Assembly (NCBI GenBank): GCA_965223265.1
Contig: OZ244999.1
Span: forward strand, 8,960,001 to 9,024,000
DNA from: Planctomycetota bacterium
Lineage (GTDB): Bacteria > Planctomycetota > UBA8108 > SXIK01
Length of the DNA: 64,000 bases
Direction of reading: 5' to 3'
How positions within the stretch are numbered: the first letter of the stretch is position 1; each line of letters opens with the position of its first letter. Shown one piece after another: positions 50,278 to 60,527 of the stretch. Below the pieces are notes generated by a model that saw nothing but the letters and a program-made list of their open reading frames with translations, was not told the DNA's origin and made no database searches. The translations under genes and the position numbers were made by a program.

Positions 50278-51150
50278 ATGCTGGAAATCGTCAAGGAGAC
50301 CTGGCGCAACCTTTGCCGAACCGGCGATGCACATCGCGGTGTGCCGCCAAGTTTTCTCATCGTTGGCGCCCAGAAAGCGGGAACAACCGCCCTCTTTCGG
50401 TATCTAGCCAAACACCCGTGCATCAAACCCCCGGAAGTGAAGGAGATCGACTTTTTCAGCTGCACGGCTCGTTATAGCCGCGGCGAAGAATTCTATCACT
50501 CTCACTTCCCGGCTGCCTCTTCTCTACCGGACGGAGGCTCGACCTTCGAGGCGTCACCGAGCTATCTCGTCAACGAGTCTGCCCCTGCACGTATCCACGC
50601 CTACAACGCGCGTATTCGTCTCGTCGCGATTCTGCGCGACCCGGTCGAGCGTGCTTACTCGGCATGGAACATGTACGAGGAGAGATTTCGACGCGATAAG
50701 AACTGGCTTAGGGAGTGGACCCGTCGCTGTGAGGGGTGCGCCGCAAGGAAGGGTGTGAGGACGCGCCAACTCACGCGCTTCGACTCCTTCGAGGCGGTCA
50801 TCTCTGAAGAGGAAGAGGCCATCGCCTCGGGCGAGGCGATTGAGGCCCCCGTTCTGCTGCATGGGTTCTATTCCGAGCAGTTGCAGCGCTACTTTGAGTA
50901 CTTCGATCCAAAGCAGATTCTTGTCGTCGAAAGCAGTGCACTCAGGGATGATCCGGTAGAGTGCCTCGGCGAGGTTGAGAGGTTCCTGGCTCTACAACCG
51001 CACGACTGGTCGCAGGAGGACACCGCTCCTGTGTTCGAGGGCACGTATTCTGACCCTATCCCGGAGGCCGCGGCTGCCCGCTTGCGCGAGTTTTATCGAA
51101 CTCACAACGCGGCGCTGTACGAGCTTCTTGGGCAGCAATTCGACTGGTGA
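50278..51150 (+). CDS. PAPS-dependent sulfotransferase (heparan-sulfate 3-O/N-sulfotransferase-like fold)
   Basis: FLIVGAQKAGTTAL (5'PSB), KEIDFF, EASPSY, LRDPVERAYS (3'PB). Confidence 0.88.
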   Translation: MLEIVKETWRNLCRTGDAHRGVPPSFLIVGAQKAGTTALFRYLAKHPCIKPPEVKEIDFFSCTARYSRGEEFYHSHFPAASSLPDGGSTFEASPSYLVNESAPARIHAYNARIRLVAILRDPVERAYSAWNMYEERFRRDKNWLREWTRRCEGCAARKGVRTRQLTRFDSFEAVISEEEEAIASGEAIEAPVLLHGFYSEQLQRYFEYFDPKQILVVESSALRDDPVECLGEVERFLALQPHDWSQEDTAPVFEGTYSDPIPEAAAARLREFYRTHNAALYELLGQQFDW

Positions 51151-51295
51151 GTCACGATGAGACTGCTCGCAGGCCACGCTCGGGCTGTCCGTCGCTGCCG
51201 CGATTCTTGCCCCGAACGTACGCTCCAGCGGCTGGGTTTGATACAATCTCCGTTCGTTCCTCAACGACGGATCCATCCAGCCGGGAGACTCAACG

Positions 51296-53548
51296 ATGTC
51301 GGTGTTGCACCGCAGGTTCCAAAACCTTCGTGGATTGACTCTTTCATTCTCTGTTTGGTGCGCTGCAGTGTTGACGGCAGCGGACAATGCTCCGTATCGG
51401 ATCGGTAAGTTTCCGCAGGAAATCGCCGAGCGTTACACGACGTCGCATGGGCTTCCGTCAAACGACGTCGTCCGTTTGGAAGTTGACGAGAGCGCGCGTG
51501 TCGTGGCGATCACGACAGAGGGAAATGCCGTCTTCGTGGAGGGACGCTGGATCGCCGAGACGCCTCGAAAGGGGCATGAGCCACGTTACGTCGATGTGAT
51601 ACGCCGCGGCGACGCGTTGATCCTCGCCGGCAGCGACGGACTTCTCGTGCGCGATGGAAACGGTAAAGAACGCAGGCTCCACGACGGTGACGTGAGACAG
51701 GTGGCGGTACAGTCGAATGGCAAGCTTGTTGTTGCGAGCGAGGAGGGACTCTTTGTCGAGACCGCCACAAACGAACTAGAGCGCTGGCTGGTCGCTGACG
51801 GCATGGGGCGTCACTGGGCGAGATACGACGTTCGAGGCGTAGCCGTCGACGCAGACGGCGGCGTATGGTTCGCAACCCTTGCCGGCGCGGGCGTTTCGTC
51901 AGATGGTGATTGGCGTTTCTACACCGGCAAGGAAGGGCTACCGTACAACGACTTCTCCCGGCTTGCTGCGACTCCCGGAGGCGGCGTCTGGTTCGGCACG
52001 CGGATCGGCGCCGTTCAGTTCGACGGTCGGGAGTGGAAGTATCGCCAGGGGAAAAGGTGGCTGCCACATGATGACGTGCGCGACGTTCGCGTCGCCGCTG
52101 ACGGATCCGTTTGGTTTGCAACAGCAGGCGGCGTCGGGCGTATCCGCTATCGATCGATGACACTGGCAGAGAAGGCCGAGTTCTACGAGGCAGAGATAGA
52201 GAAGTACATTCGCCGAACGCCTTTCGGCTACCTGTCGGAAGTCGGTCTCTCGGCGGTTGGGGACAAGTCGAGCAAGATCATCTATCACGACAGCGACAAC
52301 GACGGGCTGTGGACGAGCATGTACGGTGCTGGCGAGTGTTTCGCCTACGCGGCGACTCGTAGTCCGGCAGCAAAGGATCGGGCGCAGCGTGCTTTTGAGG
52401 CCCTTCGTTTCTTGCAGAAGGTGACACAGGGGTGTGAACACAGCCCGCCTAAGGGATACGTCGCGCGGACGATCCGTTCCGTCGATCTGCCTGATCCGAA
52501 CGTTGGTCGAGTCGAGCGTGATCGCCTGCATCAAGCGCATCGCGATAAGCTCTGGAAAGTCTACGAGCCGCGATGGCCAAAGAGCGCCGACGGCAAGTGG
52601 TACTGGAAGAGTGACACGAGTTCCGACGAACTCGACGGCCACTACTTTTTCTATCCCGCGTACTACGACCTTGTGGCGGAATCGGAGGCTGAGAAGGAGC
52701 GGGTCCGCGAGGTTGTGCGTGATCTAACCGATCACCTCATAGAGTATGGCTTCACAATGGTCGATCACGATGGGCGGCCGACGCGATGGGCGATCTACGG
52801 TCCACGATCGCTCAACCATGACCCGATGTGGCGCGTCGAAAGGGGCCTCAAGTCTCTGAGTATTCTATCGTACCTGGCTGTAGCCGAGCACATGACAGGC
52901 GACGCCAAATATGGCGACGCAGCGCGCCAGCTACGCGAGAGGTATGCCTACGACACCAACGCGATGGTATCGAAGATCCAGATGGGCATTGGGTCAGGAA
53001 ACCAATCCGACGACGAGATGGCATTTATGTGCTTCTACAATCTCATCAAGTATTCCAAGGACGATGCGCTCCGCGAGCAGATCTTGTACTCCTTCTACAC
53101 CAACTACGCGCTCGTTCAGCCGGAGATGAATCCCTTCTTCAACTTTGCGTACGCCGCGGCAGGATTGGGCGCCACGTACTCAGATCCGTGGGGCGAGCAC
53201 TCGATAAACCCTTGGGAGGGCTGGCTCGAAGATTCGATGAAGACCTTGACCGGCTTTCCACTCGATCGCATCGATTGGTCGCATCGAAACAGCCACCGCC
53301 TCGATATCGTCTTTCTACCGCGCCAGCAGGCAGTGGAGTTGACGGATGAGATGCAGCCCGGAAGGCGCGGCTACCTCGTCAACGGCAGGGTACTGCCGAT
53401 CGAGAATCGTCACTTCAACCACTGGAATAGTGATCCGTGGCGCCTCGACACTGGTGGCGGTGGGCGAGGTCTAGCGAGCGGCACGGTCTTTCTATTGCCG
53501 TATTACATGGGTCTCTACCACAAGTTCATCGCCGAAACCGAATCGTGA
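51296..53548 (+). CDS. Secreted protein: regulator-type beta-propeller + helical (alpha/alpha-barrel-like) domain, unknown function
   Basis: Signal peptide; GLPSNDV / GLPYNDF / WLPHDDV..GSVWFAT repeats; DSDNDGLWT, WKSDTSSDE acidic motifs. Confidence 0.7.
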   Translation: MSVLHRRFQNLRGLTLSFSVWCAAVLTAADNAPYRIGKFPQEIAERYTTSHGLPSNDVVRLEVDESARVVAITTEGNAVFVEGRWIAETPRKGHEPRYVDVIRRGDALILAGSDGLLVRDGNGKERRLHDGDVRQVAVQSNGKLVVASEEGLFVETATNELERWLVADGMGRHWARYDVRGVAVDADGGVWFATLAGAGVSSDGDWRFYTGKEGLPYNDFSRLAATPGGGVWFGTRIGAVQFDGREWKYRQGKRWLPHDDVRDVRVAADGSVWFATAGGVGRIRYRSMTLAEKAEFYEAEIEKYIRRTPFGYLSEVGLSAVGDKSSKIIYHDSDNDGLWTSMYGAGECFAYAATRSPAAKDRAQRAFEALRFLQKVTQGCEHSPPKGYVARTIRSVDLPDPNVGRVERDRLHQAHRDKLWKVYEPRWPKSADGKWYWKSDTSSDELDGHYFFYPAYYDLVAESEAEKERVREVVRDLTDHLIEYGFTMVDHDGRPTRWAIYGPRSLNHDPMWRVERGLKSLSILSYLAVAEHMTGDAKYGDAARQLRERYAYDTNAMVSKIQMGIGSGNQSDDEMAFMCFYNLIKYSKDDALREQILYSFYTNYALVQPEMNPFFNFAYAAAGLGATYSDPWGEHSINPWEGWLEDSMKTLTGFPLDRIDWSHRNSHRLDIVFLPRQQAVELTDEMQPGRRGYLVNGRVLPIENRHFNHWNSDPWRLDTGGGGRGLASGTVFLLPYYMGLYHKFIAETES

Positions 53549-53789
53549 GATTCTGCTACGCATGAGGGCAGCGACGTCCGAGCTTTGATCTACGAGCGGG
53601 GTTTGGTGCCTCACCCTCGCAGCGGTCGAGATCAAACTGTGCCCACACGCGGAGTTCGTTCGCTGTTCGGTTTCAGTTCGCTTCAATCGTTTCCGCAAAC
53701 CTGCGAGAATCGAGGAGCGTATCGAACGGAGTGTGGATGCGGCGTCGTAGTCTTCGCTCCGGCTATTGATGAATCTGGGAGGGAGTTCT

Positions 53790-55616
53790 ATGCGTCGCTC
53801 GCTTTCGAGGCCAACCTGGATAGCCTTTTCGCTGTCAATCTTCGCGACCTCGAGTCTCTGTGCCTCGCCGCAGATCCATCTGGACGAGGCGATGTCCCCG
53901 CCGACATGGGCACTGCTCGAAATCGAAGTGCTCGAAACCAGCAGTCGCGCGTGCGAAGAGTTCTACGCCAAGTATTTCGACACGCGGGGCTGGCTCAAGT
54001 GTGTCGAGCGGTGGGGCGGCGATGATGGCCCTGACGACGCCATCGAAAATTGTGGCGACTGGCCGATCCTTCACGCGCTTGGCGGCTCAGACAACGTTCT
54101 GAGGCTTTACAAGAAAGCATGGGAAGGCCATCTCGAGCAGTACACCAAGGCGCGCACGGTCGAAGTGCCGTTCGCCCGCGAGGGAATGTACCACAAAGAG
54201 TTTCCAGTCATGTTCGACTGGCAACACAACGCCGAAGGACTCCGTGTGTTCAACCTTCAGGGCCTCTCCGATCCGCATGATCGCGAGTTCCTGCGCCGTG
54301 TACGCCGATACGCTGGTTTCTACATGGCAGAGGACCCCGGGGCCCCGAACTATGATCCCAAGTACAAGGTGATTCGAAGCCTCTTCAACGGCAGTCGCGG
54401 CCCGCTCCTGCGCAAGACTAACGGGCTCGATTGGGCGGGAGACCGTATCGACATCGTTAACCGGTTCAATCCGCTTCATGGTGAACGCAACTACGCCGAG
54501 ATGCTCGAGCACTTCAAGGACTACAACGAAACAGTGGGCGACCACCCACTCAATTTGCTGGCGACGACATTGGCTCTCAACGCCTATATGGCGACAGGCG
54601 ATCAGAAGTACAAAGATTGGCTCCTCGAGTACGTCGACGCGTGGTACGACCGCATGGTTGAGAACGGTAACATCCTACCGAGCAACGTCGGCCTTGACGG
54701 TACGCTCGGTGGCGAGTGTGACGGTCGTTGGTACGGCGGAACGTACGGTTGGGGATTCACGGTGATCGTGCCGCAAACCGGGGGGCTCGCACATCGCAAC
54801 CGCGTGCCACGGGGTTTCGACGGATTCATGAACGCGTATCTGCTCAGCGGCGGCGATGATCGGTACCTTGAGATTTGGCGCAAGCAGATGGCGGTGGTCA
54901 ACGCTCAGATGAAGATGGTCGACGGCAAGGCCATGTATCCTCGTATGTATGGTGACGACGGTTGGTATGCGTACACCGATCAGAAGTACACGGAGAACTC
55001 GCTCCAGATTTACTACTTGTCGATGCGCGATGAAGACCGTTCTGTGGTGCCACCGAATCCTTGGCTGGAGTTCCTCGACGGCTCGCGTCCTGACTATCCA
55101 GAGCGTGCTCTGGCTGAAGACCTGGCTCGAATCCGCTCCCGCGTGCTCGCCATGCGAGCTGACACGACGAGCGCCGACACGCGCCTCGCCGATGATCCCA
55201 TGGGATACAATCCCGCCGTCGTCCGCGCCGTGCGCGAGCTCATGATCGGCGCACTCGACCCCGGACGACGGGCGAGTGCGCTCTTCAGCCGCATTCGCTA
55301 TTTCGATCCGACGACGCGGCGCGCAGGCATACCGCCGAAGGTTGCATCTCTGGTGCACAAGATGACTGCGGACGAAACCGCTGTGACGATCGTCAACACC
55401 GATCAACTCACCTCCCGCGAGCTCATCGTGCAGGCTGGAGCCTACGCCGAGCACGAGTTCGTGTCAGTTGAGGTCAACGGCAAAACGTATCCTGTGAACG
55501 GCCCTCGCTTCACGGTCTTCTTGGACCCGGGAGCCGGTGCTGATCTCCGCTTGCACATGCGCCGTTTCGTGCGTCAGCCAGCCATGGCGATGCCTTGGGA
55601 TCGCGCTGGGAAGTAA
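53790..55616 (+). CDS. Conserved hypothetical secreted protein
   Basis: Long ORF with signal peptide, GGGAG RBS; DGPDDAIE, DWQHNAEG, RYFDP..RRAGIP..VASLV motifs; no function assignable. Confidence 0.7.
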   Translation: MRRSLSRPTWIAFSLSIFATSSLCASPQIHLDEAMSPPTWALLEIEVLETSSRACEEFYAKYFDTRGWLKCVERWGGDDGPDDAIENCGDWPILHALGGSDNVLRLYKKAWEGHLEQYTKARTVEVPFAREGMYHKEFPVMFDWQHNAEGLRVFNLQGLSDPHDREFLRRVRRYAGFYMAEDPGAPNYDPKYKVIRSLFNGSRGPLLRKTNGLDWAGDRIDIVNRFNPLHGERNYAEMLEHFKDYNETVGDHPLNLLATTLALNAYMATGDQKYKDWLLEYVDAWYDRMVENGNILPSNVGLDGTLGGECDGRWYGGTYGWGFTVIVPQTGGLAHRNRVPRGFDGFMNAYLLSGGDDRYLEIWRKQMAVVNAQMKMVDGKAMYPRMYGDDGWYAYTDQKYTENSLQIYYLSMRDEDRSVVPPNPWLEFLDGSRPDYPERALAEDLARIRSRVLAMRADTTSADTRLADDPMGYNPAVVRAVRELMIGALDPGRRASALFSRIRYFDPTTRRAGIPPKVASLVHKMTADETAVTIVNTDQLTSRELIVQAGAYAEHEFVSVEVNGKTYPVNGPRFTVFLDPGAGADLRLHMRRFVRQPAMAMPWDRAGK

Positions 55617-55783
55617 CGAGAGACGGAGACAGACGCCGTCGTTGCGAAAGAGAGGCGCTTCTTAGCCATGCGGGATGCGATTGCGTGTGGGAGTGGAGTG
55701 GGCGAGTGCGAGTGCTCAAGTAGCAAGCACACTCCGAGCTGGGAAGTTTTTGAAACGTGCCGTCGCAACTCACGGAACCCTCC

Positions 55784-55869
55784 GGAACGGCACACGGCGT
55801 GTGCCTGCTACTATAGAGACGTCGCCAACGCGCTCTTCAAAGTAGCAGGCACACGCCGTGTGCCGTTCC
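55784..55869. repeat. REPIN: inverted pair of GTAG-type REPs (GTAGCAGGCACACGCCGTGTGCCGT)
   Basis: GGAACGGCACACGGCGTGTGCCTGCTACT ... AGTAGCAGGCACACGCCGTGTGCCGTTCC perfect inverted arms; same REP at 22393 and 22508. Confidence 0.85.
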
Positions 55870-55922
55870 GAACGCGGGTCCAACGGGCGCCAGTTCAGTC
55901 GAAGGTCCGAATTGGCCGACAC

Positions 55923-56012
55923 GGCACATCGGCAACCTCACCAAGCGTGAGTTCGCCGCGACGCCCCACAATCGCCGATCGCGCCTGAGGAGAAGGGTTT
56001 AAAAGCCCTTCC
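55923..56012 (-). ncRNA. Uncharacterised ~90-nt structured repeat, copy 2
   Basis: Reverse complement aligns with 31514-31605 with pairing-consistent substitutions. Confidence 0.5.
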
Positions 56013-56035
56013 TGCGAAAAACTTATGCAACTGCA

Positions 56036-56110
56036 GGGGCAGAGACGGAGACTGAACGCCCACGCCCACGCACAACGCACAACGCACAACGCACAACGCA
56101 CAACGCAAAC
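56036..56110. repeat. Hexamer/heptamer tract (GAGACG; CACGCC; (CAACGCA)x5)
   Basis: Read directly from sequence. Confidence 0.8.
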
Positions 56111-56181
56111 CTCTCCGCGCCACCCAACGATCGCACTCCGACTCTCGGCCGCGTTCCTGGAGCGGGCGCTGTCCTCGCGGC

Positions 56182-57441
56182 CTAGGGCGCCCGAGCGTCC
56201 GCCCGGCGCTGGCGCCAAATCGGCAGGCTCACCCATGTGAAGAGGATCGCCGCGGCGATGCAGAGTGTGCCGATGACCACGTAGAGTCCGTTCCAACCGA
56301 ACCACGTGACGACGTAGCTCAGTGCGGGCGCACCGGCGAACAGTCCGATGTCGATAGACATCAGCGCTAGCGTCGACCCGGTGCCGCGCACGTCGCTTGG
56401 GAATCGGTCGAGACAGAGAGAGGCGATCGTGTGGAACGATAACGCGTGACCGGTGCCGCAGATGATGCCAGGAATGATCATCAGCCGTGGAGAGTCCACC
56501 GGTACCAGTAGAAAGGAAAACATCCCGAGACCCATGAACAGCATGCCTGCGATCAGTACTTTGCGCCTGCCGCGACGGTCCGGCACTCGGCGGGAGGCCA
56601 CCCGCACGATCAGCCCCCAAAGTCCATAACCAAGAAAGTAGACGGCGATCGGGGACGTAGGGTGGGCCGAAAGCCCCACGTCGTCGACGTATTTCGCAAC
56701 CCACACCGACGGCACGGTCATGCAGACACCAAAGACGACGTTGATGGCGATGATCGCTCCTGGCCAATAGCGCCGCACGTTGGCAAAGAATTCTCTTAGG
56801 CCGACGTTTGCTGCTTGGTCGCGGCCGTGCGGAGTGGTGCGCAAGGAAGCGACGAGGATAGCCGGAAGAAGGAGCGCGACAGCGGCGACGATGAAGAGGA
56901 GCTCGAAGTCTTCGCGTGTTCGATCGCCACTGCCGAGAATCACGACACCCAAGTATGGCCCGACGAGCATCCCGATGAATCCGCCGCCGCCGAGGATGCC
57001 GATCGCTTCAGTGCGACGTGAGCGCGGCGCACTCTGCGAGATGTAGGTCATGCTGCTGGCGAACGCGAACGCCGGCCCCAGGACGAGTGCCCCTCGCACC
57101 AAAAAGATGCCGACGCCGAGGTCGTGGAGAAAGAGATTGCCGAGGGAACCGACACCGAAGATGGCATAGCCCAGAAGCCAGGTCGAGCGTGCGCCGAATC
57201 GATTGATCAGCTCTCCAAGCCAGGGGCGCAGTACGACGCTGGCGATCGAACCGACGCCCATGATCCAGCCGACGCTGGTGACGTCGCCACCGAGCTGCGT
57301 GATCCAGCGAGCGTAGTGGTTCATCAGGTTGACAGCCAGCGTGAAGCAGGTCTGGCTGATGAACGCGAAGAGGAAGCCTCGGTCGTAGAGTCTGCCGCTG
57401 GTGAACTCGTCGTCTTCTGCTGGTGGTTGGCTCGGCTGCAT
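56182..57441 (-). CDS. MFS transporter
   Basis: About 12 TM helices; GELINRFG and RVPDRRGRRK motif-A variants. Confidence 0.88.
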   Translation of the reverse strand: MQPSQPPAEDDEFTSGRLYDRGFLFAFISQTCFTLAVNLMNHYARWITQLGGDVTSVGWIMGVGSIASVVLRPWLGELINRFGARSTWLLGYAIFGVGSLGNLFLHDLGVGIFLVRGALVLGPAFAFASSMTYISQSAPRSRRTEAIGILGGGGFIGMLVGPYLGVVILGSGDRTREDFELLFIVAAVALLLPAILVASLRTTPHGRDQAANVGLREFFANVRRYWPGAIIAINVVFGVCMTVPSVWVAKYVDDVGLSAHPTSPIAVYFLGYGLWGLIVRVASRRVPDRRGRRKVLIAGMLFMGLGMFSFLLVPVDSPRLMIIPGIICGTGHALSFHTIASLCLDRFPSDVRGTGSTLALMSIDIGLFAGAPALSYVVTWFGWNGLYVVIGTLCIAAAILFTWVSLPIWRQRRADARAP

Positions 57442-57586
57442 TTTCGGTCTCCTACGGTACAGCCGAACCTTTGCTCTTGCTACGGGGATTCTGGGCCTAC
57501 CATGGGACGTGGCTTTTTATGCACCCGAATCTACGGGCCTTGAGTTAAGCTCACGAATCCGTTGAAAGCCGCCAGGAGACGAAACG

Positions 57587-58588
57587 ATGGAATACCGCAA
57601 TGTGGGCAAGGCCGGAGTGAAGGTTTCGCCGATCTGCCTCGGGACGATGATGTTTGGTGGACAGACGTCCGAGGCCGACTCGATCGAGATCATGCACAAG
57701 GCATTCGATCTCGGTATAAATTTTTTCGACACGGCGAACATCTACAACGCTGGAGAGTCGGAGGCCGTGGTCGGCAAGGGCCTGAGAGACCGGCGTGACA
57801 AAGTGATCATCGCCACCAAGGGACGATCACCCATGGGCAGCGGTCCGAACGAGAGCGGCGCCAGCCGCGTCCACCTGATGCACGAGCTCGATGCGAGCCT
57901 CAAACGCCTCGGAACCGACTACGTCGATGTCTACTACGCGCACGCTCCGGACTACACCACCCCGATTGAAGAGACGCTGAGAACCCTCGACGACATGGTG
58001 CGGAGCGGGCGAGTTCGCTACATCGCCTGTTCAAACTATCGCGCTTGGCGCGTCGCCGAGGCGCTCTGGACAAGCGACTGTCGAAACCTGAACTCATTCT
58101 GTTGCGTTCAGCCGCTCTACAACATCTTCAATAGAGACATTGAGGTCGAGCTCTTGCCGCTTTGCCAGGAGCATCGTCTCGGGGTTGTCACTTACAGCCC
58201 GCTGGCTCGAGGTATCCTCACTGGCAAGTATCGTCCCGGCGAGAAGTACCCAGAGGGAAGCCGTGCTTCGCGCAACGACCCGCGCATGCAACAGGCCGAG
58301 ATCCGAGACGCGAGCTTTGAGCTGTCACAGCAAATTGCAACTCACTGCGAGAAGAGAGATGTGGCGATGTCGCAATTTGCGGTTGCTTGGTGCCTCGCGA
58401 ATCCGATCGTCACCGCGGTGATTCTCGGACCACGGACGATGGCGCAGTTTGACGACAACATGGGCTGTCTCGATGTGACGATCGGCGCGGACGACGAGGC
58501 CTTCGTCGACGGCCTGGTGCCACCCGGCGAGCACAGTGGCAAAGGGTTTCCGGATCCGGCGTATCCGATCACCGGCAGGGGGAAGTAG
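57587..58588 (+). CDS. Aldo/keto reductase
   Basis: ICLGTMMFG, FFDTANIY, IATK, SLKRLGTDYVDVYYAH, YSPLARGILTGKY. Confidence 0.93.
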   Translation: MEYRNVGKAGVKVSPICLGTMMFGGQTSEADSIEIMHKAFDLGINFFDTANIYNAGESEAVVGKGLRDRRDKVIIATKGRSPMGSGPNESGASRVHLMHELDASLKRLGTDYVDVYYAHAPDYTTPIEETLRTLDDMVRSGRVRYIACSNYRAWRVAEALWTSDCRNLNSFCCVQPLYNIFNRDIEVELLPLCQEHRLGVVTYSPLARGILTGKYRPGEKYPEGSRASRNDPRMQQAEIRDASFELSQQIATHCEKRDVAMSQFAVAWCLANPIVTAVILGPRTMAQFDDNMGCLDVTIGADDEAFVDGLVPPGEHSGKGFPDPAYPITGRGK

Positions 58589-58637
58589 CCTCGCCGACTG
58601 TTACGCCGCGGCAGGACAGACCAGCGAGCCGCGACAC

Positions 58638-58680
58638 AAAAAAGGAGGACGCAGCTACGGGGCTCGCCAGCTGCGTCCTT
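58638..58680 (-). terminator. Probable intrinsic terminator between convergent genes
   Basis: AGGACGCAGCT...AGCTGCGTCCT stem with an A-run on the left (U-tract on the minus strand). Confidence 0.6.
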
Positions 58681-58727
58681 GGTGGACCGGGCCTCGAGTT
58701 GGGTCAGCGTATCTGCGCGCTGCTGCG

Positions 58728-60527
58728 CTATTCGTCGGAGATTCCACCGCGGCAGACGAGTGGATCGTCCGGCGTCGGATCCTTGCCAAGAGACGGGAAC
58801 GGTTCAGGGAGTTCCGTGTCGTCGACAAAGAGCGCTTGGAGAGTCATGATCGGATCGGAGATGTCCACACCGCCGTCGTCGTTGGCGTCCGCGGCGTCGA
58901 GACAGTTGGGAGCCTCACCGCTGACGAAGAGGTAGTTGAGCGTGAAGCGTGGATCGGAGATGTCGACGGCGCCGTCGGCGTTGGCGTCGCCGCGCAGGAA
59001 GAAGGCGCTGACGTCGGGCAGGATGTTGAGCGTGGCGTCGAAGAACAACATCGAGTTGAGTTCTTCGGGCAGGACAGACACACCGAACACGGTGATCAAA
59101 TTGATCACGCCAGGGTCAGTGCCGCCGACCCGGCCGCCATCAAGAAAGCGCAGTTCCGTCGCTTGGGCCTGCGTGCCCTCCTCGATTCGGAACTTGATGA
59201 ACACCACCTCATTGTCAGTTTCGGCTGGAAGGCTCGGTGCCACCCCGAGGAGATCGACGACGCCGGCTGCGACAACGAAACCCTCGTCCACACCACCATT
59301 TCCTGGAGTGTCATTGGCGTTGTCGAAGTCCGCTCGGAAGAACGGTGTCGCACCTGGTTGGATGAAATTCTCGTTCACTTCGAGAACGTCCAATACTTCT
59401 TCGTCGAAGTCGATAGACACCGAGAAACCTTGCACTTCGTGGCTGGCACGAATGACGAGAGGTATGTCGACCGTCTCGCCAGGGGAGGCAGAGGTGCTGC
59501 GGAGAAGGTACTGCGCATCGACTTCAGAGACGTCGGGCGGCGGTGGATTTGGATTTGGATTCGGTCCGGAGCCATCGCCTCCCGACGATGAATTCTCGCT
59601 GAGCTCACCGGAGGCGACACAAGTCGCGCCGTCCGCGAGCGTCGAATCTACCGCCAATGTCGTGCCGACGAGCTGCGGCGTGATTCCTCGGCCGGCCTCG
59701 GAGCAGCCGGTTTCGCCGCATCCCGAGACGAGCTCACCGCTCAGCATAGTGATGGCGTATTCACCGGCGGTGGTGCCGGGTTCGAGGCAGAAGCCGACCC
59801 GGGCGAACGTCAGATCTTCGCCCGGTGAGACCGAGGTTCGTGCCAGTAAGTCCGGTACGGCGATGATCTCTACGACCCCGTCTTGTTTGAACGCACTGAA
59901 GAACGACGGTCCGTCGTCGATGCCGGGGAATTCCGCGCCAGCTGCGGCACCGTCGGAAATGATGCCGTCATCGTCGGCGAAAGTGAGCGCTAAAGCCGAG
60001 ATGGGGTGTGAGCTGGAGAACCCGATAGTGAGGATGATGCTTGAATCGTCCTCATCTGCGGTGACGCTCTCTACGATGGAGATCGAAGCGTCCGGATCGT
60101 TGATCGACGTTCCACCACCGTAGGCGTCGCAGTCGAGATCATCCTCGTTGGGGTCGGCGCCCGTGTCGGGAAACGGGGCCGCGAGGCTCATGCCAGATTT
60201 CGAAAGGTAGTGCAGCGTCCGAATCGGGTCGCTGATGTCGACGTCGCCGTCGTCGTTGGTGTCCAACGCATCGAAGCAGGTGGGGGGCTCACCGCCGCTG
60301 AAGAGAAACGCTAGCGTGTGGATCGCGTCGGCAGTCGTGACGGTGCCGTCGGAATTGGAGTCACCGCGCAGGAAGTCAACCGCGGGCAGCTGCGTGCTCA
60401 GAGTCAGCGCGCAAATCAAGACGCCGCTGAGGATTCTCCACGACGAGGTTGTCGGGCGTCGTTGCGATCGTGGTGTGCCGCCTCCGCGGAGTACGGTCGG
60501 CCGGTGCACTGCTCGAAATTCTTTCAT
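58728..60527 (-). CDS. Secreted protein: dockerin-like / two cohesin-like beta-sandwiches / dockerin-like
   Basis: FLRGDSNSDG..DALDTNDDGDVDISDPI and FLRGDANADGAVDISDP..DAADANDDGGVDISDPI at the two ends; PGETVDIPL..VQGFSVSIDFDEEVL cohesin-like; PNPNPNPPPP linker. Confidence 0.8.
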   Translation of the reverse strand: MKEFRAVHRPTVLRGGGTPRSQRRPTTSSWRILSGVLICALTLSTQLPAVDFLRGDSNSDGTVTTADAIHTLAFLFSGGEPPTCFDALDTNDDGDVDISDPIRTLHYLSKSGMSLAAPFPDTGADPNEDDLDCDAYGGGTSINDPDASISIVESVTADEDDSSIILTIGFSSSHPISALALTFADDDGIISDGAAAGAEFPGIDDGPSFFSAFKQDGVVEIIAVPDLLARTSVSPGEDLTFARVGFCLEPGTTAGEYAITMLSGELVSGCGETGCSEAGRGITPQLVGTTLAVDSTLADGATCVASGELSENSSSGGDGSGPNPNPNPPPPDVSEVDAQYLLRSTSASPGETVDIPLVIRASHEVQGFSVSIDFDEEVLDVLEVNENFIQPGATPFFRADFDNANDTPGNGGVDEGFVVAAGVVDLLGVAPSLPAETDNEVVFIKFRIEEGTQAQATELRFLDGGRVGGTDPGVINLITVFGVSVLPEELNSMLFFDATLNILPDVSAFFLRGDANADGAVDISDPRFTLNYLFVSGEAPNCLDAADANDDGGVDISDPIMTLQALFVDDTELPEPFPSLGKDPTPDDPLVCRGGISDE

